From assembly GCA_027002995.1 (NCBI GenBank), contig JALWZB010000155.1, forward strand, positions 91,682-155,681: DNA of 64,000 nucleotides. Direction: 5' to 3'. The stretch is from Desulfurococcales archaeon. GTDB taxonomy: Archaea; Thermoproteota; Thermoprotei_A; Sulfolobales; NBVN01. Position 1 is the stretch's first letter; every line of letters begins with the position of its first letter. Of this stretch, positions 46,980 to 57,198 are shown in pieces. The position numbers and the translations under genes were made by a program. The notes under the pieces were generated by a model that did no database searches, had not been told where the DNA came from, and saw only the letters and a list, made by a program, of their open reading frames with translations.

Positions 46980-47516
46980 ATGAGGGTGTTCTTCCGGAGA
47001 AGAAAGGTTGATAGGTCGACGATGCGTAGGGAGGTTGCTAAGTTAATAATTGATTTGAAGCAATTGCATAGGCGGGCATACTATTACAGGAGTAGGCTCG
47101 AGAATAAGATCTTGAATTACATGGAACGCTTGAAGTATGTGGAAGACCCCGCACTAAGGAGGGAGATCCTTAGGAATATAGAGATGTATAAAAGAGCACT
47201 GGAAGTAATAACTAGGATCGAAGCAATCTTTGAGATAATGATTGTTAAGCTTGATACTCTGGGATTACTTAACGTTACAGTAAAGGAGATAGCCCTTATT
47301 AAGGAGGTGCTTAGTAACGTTAAAAGCATGAGTGAAGGAATACCCGATATCTCACTAATAGTTGAAGACATAATTGAACGAGCAGGAGACCTACTTACAT
47401 ACCTCCCTGAAACTAGAACATATACTATTCATGTCAATGAGGAGGCGAATCAAGTATTAGTGGACGCAGGACGTGTTGCTGAGGAAAGACTTAAAGCACT
47501 AAATACGTCTGCCTAG
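46980..47516 (+). CDS. ESCRT-III (CdvB/Snf7)-like protein
   Basis: Helical 178-aa protein. IEAIFEIMIVKLDTLGLL...IPDISLIVEDI and the C-terminal ANQVLVDAGRVAEERL parallel my recollection of Sulfolobus CdvB paralogs. Confidence 0.45.
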   Translation: MRVFFRRRKVDRSTMRREVAKLIIDLKQLHRRAYYYRSRLENKILNYMERLKYVEDPALRREILRNIEMYKRALEVITRIEAIFEIMIVKLDTLGLLNVTVKEIALIKEVLSNVKSMSEGIPDISLIVEDIIERAGDLLTYLPETRTYTIHVNEEANQVLVDAGRVAEERLKALNTSA

Positions 47517-47565
47517 TTTAGTCTCACAGACGTCGCTAAGGTTAACTCATTACTTGGGTCTTTGC

Positions 47566-48297
47566 TTAGGGTATTAGGTACTTGTCACCAGCCTTCCTGA
47601 GGAAGCCGTGCCTTACCAGAAGCTCTATAGCCTCCTTGAAGTACTCGCTCCCCACGTCTAGCTCATACCACTCCATGAACTTAGCGACAAGTTCCTCGTA
47701 CGTCCACTCCTTCTTATACTTACCTTCCTCCTTTAGAATCCTTTTGAATAACTGGAAAGTATCCTCTAACCTTGTCCATGGGTACTGGAACCAGACCCAC
47801 TCCTTAACCTCCATAAAGTAGTAGTCTGGCTTGAATTTAGCAACTGATGAGATCCACTGCAGGACAGCTATCCTTACTTCCTTCGCATTCCAATTACTGT
47901 AAATATAATTCCTTGCTAAAGCTAGAGACTCTCCTGTATCAACAATATCGTCCACTAGGAGAACCTTACGACCACTCAAATCGATCTTATATGGGAACTT
48001 TATCACTGCTCTGTCCTCCGCTTTAGCGGCTTCCGTCCAGTGCTGGGATTGTATTGAGAGTAAGTTATCTATTAACAGGAAGTCACATATTAATCTTGCA
48101 GGGACAAACCCTCCCCGGGCCACAGCCACTACAATGTCAGGTTTATATCCAGACTCGTGAATCTTCTTGGCGAGGCCGCGTGACCAAGCAACTACATCAT
48201 CCCATGATACGAGCTTGGTCTTAAGCTTAGCCATGTTTTCAGTTCCCCCAATATCACTACTGTGATCCTCATAAGGATTTCGGAGTATAACATTCAT
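47566..48297 (-). CDS. purine phosphoribosyltransferase-family protein with C-terminal extension
   Basis: PRPP-binding motif KVLLVDDIVDTGESL. The likely true start is the internal Met at 48234 (MAKLKTK). Confidence 0.8.
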   Translation of the reverse strand: MNVILRNPYEDHSSDIGGTENMAKLKTKLVSWDDVVAWSRGLAKKIHESGYKPDIVVAVARGGFVPARLICDFLLIDNLLSIQSQHWTEAAKAEDRAVIKFPYKIDLSGRKVLLVDDIVDTGESLALARNYIYSNWNAKEVRIAVLQWISSVAKFKPDYYFMEVKEWVWFQYPWTRLEDTFQLFKRILKEEGKYKKEWTYEELVAKFMEWYELDVGSEYFKEAIELLVRHGFLRKAGDKYLIP

Positions 48298-48371
48298 TAA
48301 TCTAGGCGCGAAATTAAGTCTATGGGTGTTCAGCCTCGCACGGTTGGAGTGGAAGACTACTTTACGTAGAC

Positions 48372-50189
48372 TTGACTAAAAAGGAATCAAATTTGAAGGA
48401 GTTAAGCAGTGACATCCTGCGTAAGTATATTGGTGGGAGAGGGTTAGCCGCTAGGCTTCTCTGGGACCTAAACGAGCCAGGGATAGACCCCTTCTCACCG
48501 CAAAACCACGTAATACTCGCTGTAGGTCCGCTAACTGGGTTCCCACTACCCTCTTCCGGTAAGATGATCATAGCGTCAAAGTCGCCGTTGACACTAGGGT
48601 ATGGTGATGGTAACATAGGGACGCGTGCGGCAGTCGAAATGAGAAAATGCGGATTCGACGCAGTAGTGATTAAGGGTGCTTCGGAGGAACCTGTAACACT
48701 AAAGATCACGTCAAAGGGTGTGGAGTTCTTACCTGCCGATGATTTATGGGGATTAGGGACTCATGAAACAGAGCGCAGGCTTCAGAAGCAATTTGGTAAG
48801 AATCTCGCAGCACTCTTCATAGGTCCAGCAGGTGAGAACAAAGTACTTTACGCGACCGTGATTAGCGAGCATGGACGTTCCGGAGGACGTCCGGGAATGG
48901 GTGCGGTACTTGGGTCAAAGAAGGTTAAGGCAATAATATTTGAGGGTGAATCCCTTCCTGAGCCAGCTGATAAGCAAGCGCTCAGCAGGCTCGGTGCTGA
49001 AGCATACAAGAAACTCAAGGAGGCACCAAACTACGACTTCTGGACTAGGCAAGGCACCATGATGACTATCGTGTGGTCGCAGAAGAACTCCGTCCTACCA
49101 ACATACAACTTCCGCGAAGGAGTATTCGATGGGTTCGAGAGCATCTCAGGCGATGCGATGGAGAAAATAAAGGTCTCTACGGAGGCCTGCCCATTCTGTA
49201 ATATGCCTTGCCGTAATTACGTGAAGTACACTGTGAACGGTGAGGAAAGAGTAGCCGAGCCCGACTATGAGAACGTCGCGATGCTAGGCTCGAACCTAGG
49301 CATAACAGGTATTGACAAGGTTTCTCACCTCAATGACATCGTGGATGACATGGGTATCGACACTATAAGCACGGGCTCGGTAATAGGGTTCGCCATGGAA
49401 GCCTCGGAGAATAGCCTACTCAGCAAGGACGACAGAATAGAGTGGGGCGATTACAAGGCGGCTGCCGACCTCATACGCAAGATAGCATATAGGGAAGGAG
49501 TAGGTAACTTGCTGGCGGACGGAACCATGCGGGCCGCAAGAAAGCTTGGCGGGGGTTCAGAGAGGTACGCAATGCACGTTAAGGGACTCGAGATCTCCGC
49601 ATACGACTGCCATGCAGCTCCTGGCATGGCCTTAGCATACGGCACATGTAGTATTGGTGCACACCACAAGGACGCATGGTTCATATCCCTCGAGCTGAAG
49701 ATGGGGCGCGATAATTACTCGCCAGAGAAGGCAGAGAAGCTTGTGTGGATGCAAAACATCAGGGGCGCGCTATTCGAGTCCTTCGTCATGTGCCGCCTCC
49801 CATGGGTTGAGTTAGGACTAGACCTAGACTACTATCTCAACTTCATCAGGGCATCAACAGGCGTTGACTTCACCTGGGACGAGCTACATGAATTCGCCCA
49901 TAGAGTATACTCACTGATAAGGGCATTCTGGGTCAGAGAACACGCGGTCATGGGTATGAGCTGGAGTAAGTCCATGGACTATCCACCAGAGCGTTGGTTC
50001 AAGGACCCCCTAACTAAGGGACCGTTAGCCGGAGCCAAGCTAAACAAAGAAAGCTATGACGCGCTGCTCATGAAGTACTACGAAGTCAGAGGATGGGACA
50101 ACCGCGGAATACCTAAGAAGGAAACCTTGATTAAGTACGGGTTAAGCGACATAGCAACCCAGCTAGAGCGCTTCATTAATCTATCCTAA
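48372..50189 (+). CDS. aldehyde:ferredoxin oxidoreductase family (tungstopterin) enzyme
   Basis: YIGGRGLAARLLW N-terminus, EPDYENVAMLGSNLG, Cys ligand region CPFCNMPC. 605 aa. Confidence 0.88.
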   Translation: MTKKESNLKELSSDILRKYIGGRGLAARLLWDLNEPGIDPFSPQNHVILAVGPLTGFPLPSSGKMIIASKSPLTLGYGDGNIGTRAAVEMRKCGFDAVVIKGASEEPVTLKITSKGVEFLPADDLWGLGTHETERRLQKQFGKNLAALFIGPAGENKVLYATVISEHGRSGGRPGMGAVLGSKKVKAIIFEGESLPEPADKQALSRLGAEAYKKLKEAPNYDFWTRQGTMMTIVWSQKNSVLPTYNFREGVFDGFESISGDAMEKIKVSTEACPFCNMPCRNYVKYTVNGEERVAEPDYENVAMLGSNLGITGIDKVSHLNDIVDDMGIDTISTGSVIGFAMEASENSLLSKDDRIEWGDYKAAADLIRKIAYREGVGNLLADGTMRAARKLGGGSERYAMHVKGLEISAYDCHAAPGMALAYGTCSIGAHHKDAWFISLELKMGRDNYSPEKAEKLVWMQNIRGALFESFVMCRLPWVELGLDLDYYLNFIRASTGVDFTWDELHEFAHRVYSLIRAFWVREHAVMGMSWSKSMDYPPERWFKDPLTKGPLAGAKLNKESYDALLMKYYEVRGWDNRGIPKKETLIKYGLSDIATQLERFINLS

Positions 50190-50369
50190 GCAGACCTCCT
50201 AAATGACCGAACACAAAATTCTTTTTACTCTCAATAAGTAAGGTAGATTCGAGGCCCGGGACAGAGCCTTTACGGCTCCGAATGATCAGGGCCTCTCCCA
50301 GCGGGCCCTTTCATCATTAATTAAGTTAAGTTTAACAAGAATGAATGCCTATCATTTCACCAGAGAGGA

Positions 50370-51368
50370 GTGCCTATGGCTCCTAAATTAATGGTAGTGG
50401 GCTCACTAAATTACGACGTAACTTTATACGTGGATAGGTTCGCACCACCGAAAACAGTAGTGCGGAGGCTAACTAGGTATCTCGGAGGTTCAGGAGGTAA
50501 CTCGGCTGTCGCGGCAGCAAGGATCTTAGGTAAGGAGGCCGTGGTTTTCTTTGGGGCGGTAGGAAATGATGATATAGGAAGGAAACACATAGACGCGTTA
50601 AGGGGAGAAGGAATCATAACAGACATAATAAGAGTTATAGATGGCGTAGAATCGGGTCAAGCCTTCGTGGCTGTGGACAGGAACGGAAACACAGCAATAT
50701 ACAGTTACTACGGCGCAAACACTAAACTCACTCCGGAAGAAATAGATGAGAAAGTACTCACTTACCTGGAAGCTGTCCAGTACATACTAATAACTAATCC
50801 GCCATTGCCTACAGCATTGGAGCTCGTCAGTAAAGCAAGGGACCTGGGAAAAACCATTATTTGGGACCCGGGGGCGCAGTCAAAGCATGGATTAGAGGTG
50901 CTAAAGCCAGTCTTAGAGAAAGTAGATTACCTGGCTCCAAATGAGGGTGAATTACTAACCATGACGAGAACAAAGGACCTACTTAAGGCAATTAAACACG
51001 TTCAGGAAGTCAACCAGCGTTTGAAAGTCCTAGTAAAGCGAGGAGAAAAAGGCTCCCTACTCGCGAATCCCCTATCGAACACCCTGATACACGTAAACGC
51101 CGTCCCGCCCGAGGCGCTAGGATACAAAACAACATCAACTGTAGGGTGCGGCGACGCCTACGTAGGCGTCTTCGCAGCTTTCCTAATACTAGGATATAGC
51201 GAGGTAGATGCCATGAAATTAGCTACCTGCGCCGCAACATTAAATGCCGCTTACGAAGGCCCCAGAGGTGTCCCGCCTAAGCAAGCGCTACTTAAGTGGT
51301 TTGAGGCATGTAAAGTGCTCATTCAAGTAAAGGAGGAAAAATGCAGTAACCTTGCGAATAGAATATAA
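50370..51368 (+). CDS. PfkB-family carbohydrate kinase (ribokinase-like)
   Basis: GGSGGNSAVAAARLG-like N-terminal motif and GCGDAYVGVFAA C-terminal motif. Confidence 0.85.
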   Translation: MPMAPKLMVVGSLNYDVTLYVDRFAPPKTVVRRLTRYLGGSGGNSAVAAARILGKEAVVFFGAVGNDDIGRKHIDALRGEGIITDIIRVIDGVESGQAFVAVDRNGNTAIYSYYGANTKLTPEEIDEKVLTYLEAVQYILITNPPLPTALELVSKARDLGKTIIWDPGAQSKHGLEVLKPVLEKVDYLAPNEGELLTMTRTKDLLKAIKHVQEVNQRLKVLVKRGEKGSLLANPLSNTLIHVNAVPPEALGYKTTSTVGCGDAYVGVFAAFLILGYSEVDAMKLATCAATLNAAYEGPRGVPPKQALLKWFEACKVLIQVKEEKCSNLANRI

Positions 51369-51531
51369 TTTTCAAGCTGGTTAGAAGAATAACCTAATGC
51401 CGGATAGTTTAATTAACATTTCATGCCCTATTTTGTATAGGTGATGATTTCTGAGAGAAGGCAAGCCCAGGTGCGACGAGTTCCTTAAGAAAGCAGAGAA
51501 AGTTGCAAGGAATTTAAGAGAAGGAAAAATA

Positions 51532-52452
51532 ATGGGCTCTACAGAGGCAGCGTATCATGTACTTAATATACTGAGGGAGGCGGCCGAAAAATGTAGTGAA
51601 GGATTCCCACACTTCATTCAGATAGCGATCCCGTTAATGATTCAGGCACGCCCCACATCCATAGTGATGGTTAACTTAACACGTAACTTCCTCGAGGAAT
51701 TCATACGATTAGCTAAAAAGAGAGGAGTTGACGAGGCGGTAGGCAACGTCCCAAAGATTGTTGACGAGATAGTTGAACGTGTTGAGATGGTGAAGGAATG
51801 TGTCGCAACACTAGGTTCCCGCAGGATAACAGACGGTGACGTTGTTTTAACCCATTCATATAGTAGCACAATATTAGAGCTATTCAAGAAGGCATATGAC
51901 AGAGGAATAAAGTTCTCCGTGTACGTGACTGAGTCACGGCCCATAGGAGAAGGAAAGTTAGCGGCCGCTAAGATCAGTAAACTAGGTATAGACACTACAC
52001 TCATCGTAGATTCCGCCGTACGCTTCGTGATGAAGCGTATAAGTAAGGTCTTCGTAAGCGCAGATGCTGTAGCCGCTAATGGAGCCGTCGTCAATAAGGT
52101 TGGGACATCGGCGATAGCGCTCGCGGCTAAGGAAGCTAGAGTAAGGCTCTACGTTACTGCTGGCACCTATAAGATGGGGTTGGAAACAGTCTTTGGTGAG
52201 TTAATAGAGGGGGTTGTGCTGAGCGATGCTAACCTAATAATTCCCAAAGACAGGATAAATGAGTTAGCTGGTAAGGTATTGGTTCGCGCCCCGCTCTTTG
52301 ACGTTACGCCACCAGAATACATAGACGCAATAATAACGGAGGTTGGGCTCATAGCTCCCCAAGCTGTCCCACTACTAATCAAAGAAGTATACGGTTGGCC
52401 TCCGAAAGTCCCTAGCATAGAGTCACTCATTTCGGAGGTGAGGAACTTATGA
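51532..52452 (+). CDS. eIF-2B alpha/beta/delta family protein, paralog 1 (aIF-2B subunit or ribose-1,5-bisphosphate isomerase type)
   Basis: VSADAVAANGAVVNKVGTSAIALAAKEARVRLYVTAGTYK and FDVTPPEYIDAIITEVG. Confidence 0.85.
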   Translation: MGSTEAAYHVLNILREAAEKCSEGFPHFIQIAIPLMIQARPTSIVMVNLTRNFLEEFIRLAKKRGVDEAVGNVPKIVDEIVERVEMVKECVATLGSRRITDGDVVLTHSYSSTILELFKKAYDRGIKFSVYVTESRPIGEGKLAAAKISKLGIDTTLIVDSAVRFVMKRISKVFVSADAVAANGAVVNKVGTSAIALAAKEARVRLYVTAGTYKMGLETVFGELIEGVVLSDANLIIPKDRINELAGKVLVRAPLFDVTPPEYIDAIITEVGLIAPQAVPLLIKEVYGWPPKVPSIESLISEVRNL

Positions 52453-53456
52453 CGGAATTCAATATTAACACGCTCCCCAAGGAAGTTAGGAAAATAAGAG
52501 AAGACATACGAACAATGATAATCCGAGGAGCAGGAAGGATCGCCAGAGCAGGAGCTAAAGCATTAGCCATTGCCGCCGAGGAATATAGAGGTAATAATGT
52601 TGAGGACTTCATAAGTTACATGAAGAAAGTTGCCGAATATGTTAAATCCTCAAGACCCACTGCAGTATCATTACCGAATGCGATATCATACGTAATGACT
52701 AGACTGCTCAGAGCATCTCCAGGGAGCGTTGAGGAAGCTAAGCAAATTGTAGTATCGGCTGCGGAGGAATTCATAGAGTATTCCAAGAACGCTGTTAAGG
52801 TGATTGCGGAACTCGGTGCGAAGCGCATAGAGAACGGAGACGTTATCATGACTCACTGTCATAGCACAGCAGCTGTGTCAGTCATCGTGGAAGCCCATAA
52901 TCAGGGTAAGGTGAGTAAAGTATATGTTAAGGAGACTAGACCGAAGATGCAGGGCCTAATCACCGCTAAGGCACTAGCTGATGCTGGGCTTGACGTCATA
53001 CTAATACCTGATTCGTCAGTGAGGTACTTTATGAAGCGTGTAAATAAGGTCGTTGTTGGGGCTGACACCATAGCCGCTAACGGCGCGGTGATAAATAAGA
53101 TAGGTACGTCCCTCGTAGCCTTAGCTGCGAAGGAAGCTAGGGTAAGGCTCTACGTGGCGGCCGAGACATACAAGTTTAGCCCGCAGACAGTCATAGGAGA
53201 ATTGGTACCTATCGAAGTGAGAGATCCTCGAGAGATAGTAGAAGATGAATGGCTAAGGGCTAATCCCCGGGTAAAGGTGTATAATCCTGTATTCGACGTC
53301 ACACCACCGGAGTATATAGACGCAATAATAACGGAGAAGGGAATCATACCGCCTCAAGCAGCTATATTAATACTCATGGAGGAGTACGGACTAAGCATAA
53401 GTGATGTCCTATCCAGAGGGCAGGTTGAGTTTAAGTACGAGGAACTAAGGGAGTAA
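52449..53456 (+). CDS. eIF-2B alpha/beta/delta family protein, paralog 2
   Basis: VGADTIAANGAVINKIGTSLVALAAKEARVRLYVAAETYKF and FDVTPPEYIDAIITEKG. 4-nt overlap with paralog 1. Confidence 0.85.
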   Translation: MTEFNINTLPKEVRKIREDIRTMIIRGAGRIARAGAKALAIAAEEYRGNNVEDFISYMKKVAEYVKSSRPTAVSLPNAISYVMTRLLRASPGSVEEAKQIVVSAAEEFIEYSKNAVKVIAELGAKRIENGDVIMTHCHSTAAVSVIVEAHNQGKVSKVYVKETRPKMQGLITAKALADAGLDVILIPDSSVRYFMKRVNKVVVGADTIAANGAVINKIGTSLVALAAKEARVRLYVAAETYKFSPQTVIGELVPIEVRDPREIVEDEWLRANPRVKVYNPVFDVTPPEYIDAIITEKGIIPPQAAILILMEEYGLSISDVLSRGQVEFKYEELRE

Positions 53457-54455
53457 TCTTACCTTAACGCCAAGTTTCTTTGCTACGTAATCCCCAAACT
53501 TCTCGCCAGCAGTGCTTCTTCGAACATTGACTATGACCTGCTTTGGCTTAGCTTCCTCAACATACTTAACTAAGCCCATGAAGTCAGCATGGTCACTGAA
53601 GGCAACTAACCATCTCCTGCCTCCGAGCCTCTTGAAGGGCCTACTGAATTCCCAGCCGCTCAGCAATACGTGATTGCCTAATCCGTTAGGTGCGCGTCTA
53701 GAGGCTGTTAAATGCGTGAAATACACGTACCAACCGTCACGCATTACATCCTCTGCTTCCTTGGAATTGGCGTGCAGGTAATCTCCGAAGTTCATGCCGA
53801 ACCTCTCAGCCACTTTCGCTAGTACGTACTGCTTATGGCTTAGCACGAAGGGAGCGTCTAGGCCATTTCTCCTAAGTATGTCCATTACTTCCTGCACCTT
53901 ACCGTAATAACCGTAAACGTATACAGGACCCTTAGCAAGTAACTCTTTTATGAGGTCCGTTAGCACCTCATCTATATAATCATCGAAGGGTCTCTGAAAT
54001 GTTGGGTCCCCATAAACAGCGTCAATCACTAGCGTGTCAGCGCTTAGGATAGGTGTTCGTTCACCTGGTTTTTTGAAGTCACTCGTGTATACTATACGTT
54101 GGTCCGTAGTCTCTACGACAACCTGAGCTGTTCCTGGTATGTGGCTTGCCTCCCTTAGCGATATCTTTAGCTCCCCTAGCTCTATGCTTTGGTCGTAGTT
54201 TAGCGGCATGATCTTTGAGTCAGGGATTCTGAAACCCAGAACTTTCAGCCATTCCAGAGTTAATGGTGTGCCTATGAGGAGGCTGGATTTTTGAATGGAT
54301 GTTTTAAGCCTTCTTGTGTGATCGGAGTGTATGTGTGTTACGATCCTTGGCACTAGATCCTCATGACCATCTATAACCACTGTCGAATCTATTATTATGC
54401 CTCCATCACTATTTATCAATATCGCTGGTTGCTTCCTAGTCACTAAAACCGCCAT
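53445..54455 (-). CDS. metallo-beta-lactamase fold nuclease (beta-CASP-like)
   Basis: THIHSDH (HxHxDH) and the C-terminal FSDHADF motif. Confidence 0.6.
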   Translation of the reverse strand: MAVLVTRKQPAILINSDGGIIIDSTVVIDGHEDLVPRIVTHIHSDHTRRLKTSIQKSSLLIGTPLTLEWLKVLGFRIPDSKIMPLNYDQSIELGELKISLREASHIPGTAQVVVETTDQRIVYTSDFKKPGERTPILSADTLVIDAVYGDPTFQRPFDDYIDEVLTDLIKELLAKGPVYVYGYYGKVQEVMDILRRNGLDAPFVLSHKQYVLAKVAERFGMNFGDYLHANSKEAEDVMRDGWYVYFTHLTASRRAPNGLGNHVLLSGWEFSRPFKRLGGRRWLVAFSDHADFMGLVKYVEEAKPKQVIVNVRRSTAGEKFGDYVAKKLGVKVRLLP

Positions 54456-54515
54456 TAATTCCCATAGGTCTAGGCTTAAAAGGGTAAGTTAATCCGAAAT
54501 TGCAGAAAACCTATA

Positions 54516-55808
54516 TTAGAGTTGAATGCCGTACCTTTTCCCTAGGACTTCCTTGAATTCGTTGAGGTCCGGATTGATTATTGGTGCGTCTCCGGCAGTT
54601 TCCTTGACTATGTCAGGGTCCTTTAAACCGTGACCGGTGACTAGTACAACAACTTCGTCATCCCTACCCACCCTACCGTCCTCAAGCGCTACCATTAAGC
54701 CAGCTAGTCCTGCTGCCCCAGAAGGTTCTGCAAATATCCCTTCGTATTGCGCCAGCCACTTCATGGCCTTGAGTATTAGATCATCACTTACTTCCTCAGC
54801 ATCTCCGTTCGTTGTCCTTAGAGCCATTATTCCGGCATCACCATCCCACGGGTACGGATCCTCGAGCCCCCAAGCTATCGTGTGGGGCTTGTCCCACGGC
54901 TTGATATTATGTGGATCCTGGCTTTCCTTGAATGCCCTGACGAAGGGAGGGTTACCTTTTGACTGTACAGCGAATAAGTGCGGCATCCTATCTATGAGTC
55001 CTAATTCACGATAGTCCCGGAATCCCTTCCACACACCAGTAAGTAGGGATGCTGCACCTACAGGTACGAAAACCCAGTCAGGGACTTCCCAGTTCATCTG
55101 CTCCACTATTTCATACGATATTGTCTTCGGACCCTCAATTTGGTACGGGTTGAACGGTCCGAAGCTTGGGGACGGGTAGAATCCAAATTTCTCATATGTT
55201 AATTTCATGAGCTTTACTGTCGGGTCCTCACGTCCAAGACCCCTGACCTTAAAGACGCGGGCACCGTAGAACAGTAGTTGCGCTATCTTGCCATATCCGG
55301 CCTGCTCTATGACGAAAGCGTAAACCTCCATTCCTGCCTTAGCGGCGTAGGCTGCGAGGGCCGCGGCTGCGTTGCCCGATGATGCGGTGGTGGCTCTCTT
55401 GAACCCGAACTCCTTAGCCACGCTGACTGATACCGACATGCCCCTATCCTTAAATGATGCCGTGGGGTTTCGGGTCTCGTCTTTCAGCCAAAGTTTCCTT
55501 ATGCCTAACTTCTCGGCTAGCCTATTCGCTCTTATGAGGGGGGTTGCACCCTCACCTAAGGTTACTATGTTCTCTTCCTTAGTTGGGGGGAGAAGGTCAA
55601 AGTATTTCCATTGATTAATTAGGGGCTTCTTAGCTACGTAGTCACGCGTGTAGAACTCCTTCAGGGCCTCATAGTCGTAGACTATGTCTAGCCTCCCGAG
55701 GTCATTGTTAATGCAGGTTATGGGCTTCTCGTCATAATAGTATTTTTTACCGCACCTTGAGCACTGCAAATACATTATGTGCTTTGTCATTACCCTTACC
55801 TCACTCAC
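54516..55808 (-). CDS. thrC: threonine synthase (PLP fold type II, N-terminal zinc ribbon)
   Basis: CSRCGKKY...C N-terminus, PLP-lysine motif NPTASFKDRG, SSGNAAAALAAYAAKAG. Confidence 0.85.
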   Translation of the reverse strand: MSEVRVMTKHIMYLQCSRCGKKYYYDEKPITCINNDLGRLDIVYDYEALKEFYTRDYVAKKPLINQWKYFDLLPPTKEENIVTLGEGATPLIRANRLAEKLGIRKLWLKDETRNPTASFKDRGMSVSVSVAKEFGFKRATTASSGNAAAALAAYAAKAGMEVYAFVIEQAGYGKIAQLLFYGARVFKVRGLGREDPTVKLMKLTYEKFGFYPSPSFGPFNPYQIEGPKTISYEIVEQMNWEVPDWVFVPVGAASLLTGVWKGFRDYRELGLIDRMPHLFAVQSKGNPPFVRAFKESQDPHNIKPWDKPHTIAWGLEDPYPWDGDAGIMALRTTNGDAEEVSDDLILKAMKWLAQYEGIFAEPSGAAGLAGLMVALEDGRVGRDDEVVVLVTGHGLKDPDIVKETAGDAPIINPDLNEFKEVLGKRYGIQL

Positions 55809-55961
55809 TGAGAGGCATGTAAGTTTTTAAAGGAGTTTTAACGTAGGCCGAAGCATCACCTCGGCTAATTTAACCACACAAAAGCAAAGAGGACATAGGG
55901 TAGTTTGCTAGCTTCAGTTAAAAGGTCAGGCTAGTTTATGGGGGTGACCCGAAGAGAAGTG

Positions 55962-57194
55962 TTACTTGGGCCAGTAGTCTTCCGGGAAGTGAATAGCTCT
56001 AGTCGGGCATAGGGTTGTGCAGAGTCCGCAGCCATAGCATTTTGACTTGTCGACCACAGCTACTTTCCTGCCGTTGATTTCCTGCACATGCACAGCGTCG
56101 TAGATACATGACTGTTCGCATAGTGCGCACCCTATACATTTTGACTCATCAACCACGGGGTTCTTGATTTCGTACCAACCAGCTGGATCCGTCAGGTACT
56201 TGAGGGCCTTACCCCTTATGTCCTCTAGTGAGGTATACCCGTGCTCCTTTAGCCACGTAGCAACGCCCTCAGCTAATCTTCTGAATACTTTAGGTCCCTC
56301 AACTATTACTTGGGTGCATACCTGAACAGCTGAAGCACCAGCCATTATGTATTCTATGACGTCTTCTGGTTGAGATATCCCGCCAACACCTATTATGGGG
56401 AGCTTCGTGACCTTGGCTATCTCAGCTACGGTGGCTATGCCCACGGGCTTGAGGGCTGGTCCCGATAACCAACCGTGACCGTGGGGTCCCCCCATTATTG
56501 GTCTGCCAGTCTCTATGTCTATGTGGAGCGCTGGCCCTAACGTGTTTATGGCTACGATACCGTCAACCCCTACCTTCTCAAGTTCCCTCACTAAGTCCTT
56601 GAGACCCCAAATGTGTGGACTTAACTTGGGGAATATGGGTACGTCAACGGCCTCCCTAAGCGCCTTAGCTGACTCGACAACTGGTGTGTAGTCGTGCCCT
56701 AGGTAGTGGGTTGAGAACTCAATGCCTTGCGCACCTGCCTTTACCGCCTTAGGCCCTAACTCGGCTAATTCCTGAGCTTTGTACCCTATGCTTGCTAGGA
56801 GCGGTATGCCGTAGCGTTCAGCCACTTTCTTTGCGTACGGCAGTTCTTTCTCGAACCACTGCTCCGGGGGTAGGTCAGTCCACAGTTCGGCGTTCAGGAA
56901 CCCATAGTACGCGCCACGTATACGCGTTATCTTTGTCTCAAGCTCTCCTCCCTTCTTCACTGGGGTCAGTACTGTGAGCTGGCCCCGATTCACTACACCC
57001 ATATGCGGTCTCGGTACCTTTGCCGGCACAACACCTATGGTCTTCGACACTATACCTCCTGCACCACCAGCAGCCAGCTCCTCCATCGCCTTACCATCTC
57101 TCGAAATGGGACATGCTGCGTTCATTATGGGGTTCTTGAACTTTAAACCGGCTATTTCAACAGTTATGTCTACCATACCTGAATCACCCCACAA
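55962..57194 (-). CDS. dihydroorotate dehydrogenase-like flavoprotein with C-terminal 2x[4Fe-4S] domain (PreA / dihydropyrimidine dehydrogenase subunit B-like)
   Basis: DHOD-fold N-terminus (FKNPIMNAA), then CIGCALCEQSC and CYGCGLCTTLCP ferredoxin motifs. 410 aa. Confidence 0.78.
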   Translation of the reverse strand: MWGDSGMVDITVEIAGLKFKNPIMNAACPISRDGKAMEELAAGGAGGIVSKTIGVVPAKVPRPHMGVVNRGQLTVLTPVKKGGELETKITRIRGAYYGFLNAELWTDLPPEQWFEKELPYAKKVAERYGIPLLASIGYKAQELAELGPKAVKAGAQGIEFSTHYLGHDYTPVVESAKALREAVDVPIFPKLSPHIWGLKDLVRELEKVGVDGIVAINTLGPALHIDIETGRPIMGGPHGHGWLSGPALKPVGIATVAEIAKVTKLPIIGVGGISQPEDVIEYIMAGASAVQVCTQVIVEGPKVFRRLAEGVATWLKEHGYTSLEDIRGKALKYLTDPAGWYEIKNPVVDESKCIGCALCEQSCIYDAVHVQEINGRKVAVVDKSKCYGCGLCTTLCPTRAIHFPEDYWPK

Positions 57195-57198
57195 AAGC

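Noticed and set aside
50251-50295. Hairpin GAGGCCC-GGGACA-GAGCC-TTTAC-GGCTC-CGAATGATCA-GGGCCTC downstream of the AOR gene, considered as an H/ACA guide sRNA
   Set aside because: There is no ACA box after the lower stem on either strand, no K-turn or K-loop, and the upper stem is only 5 bp. It is more likely a terminator or stabilising hairpin.
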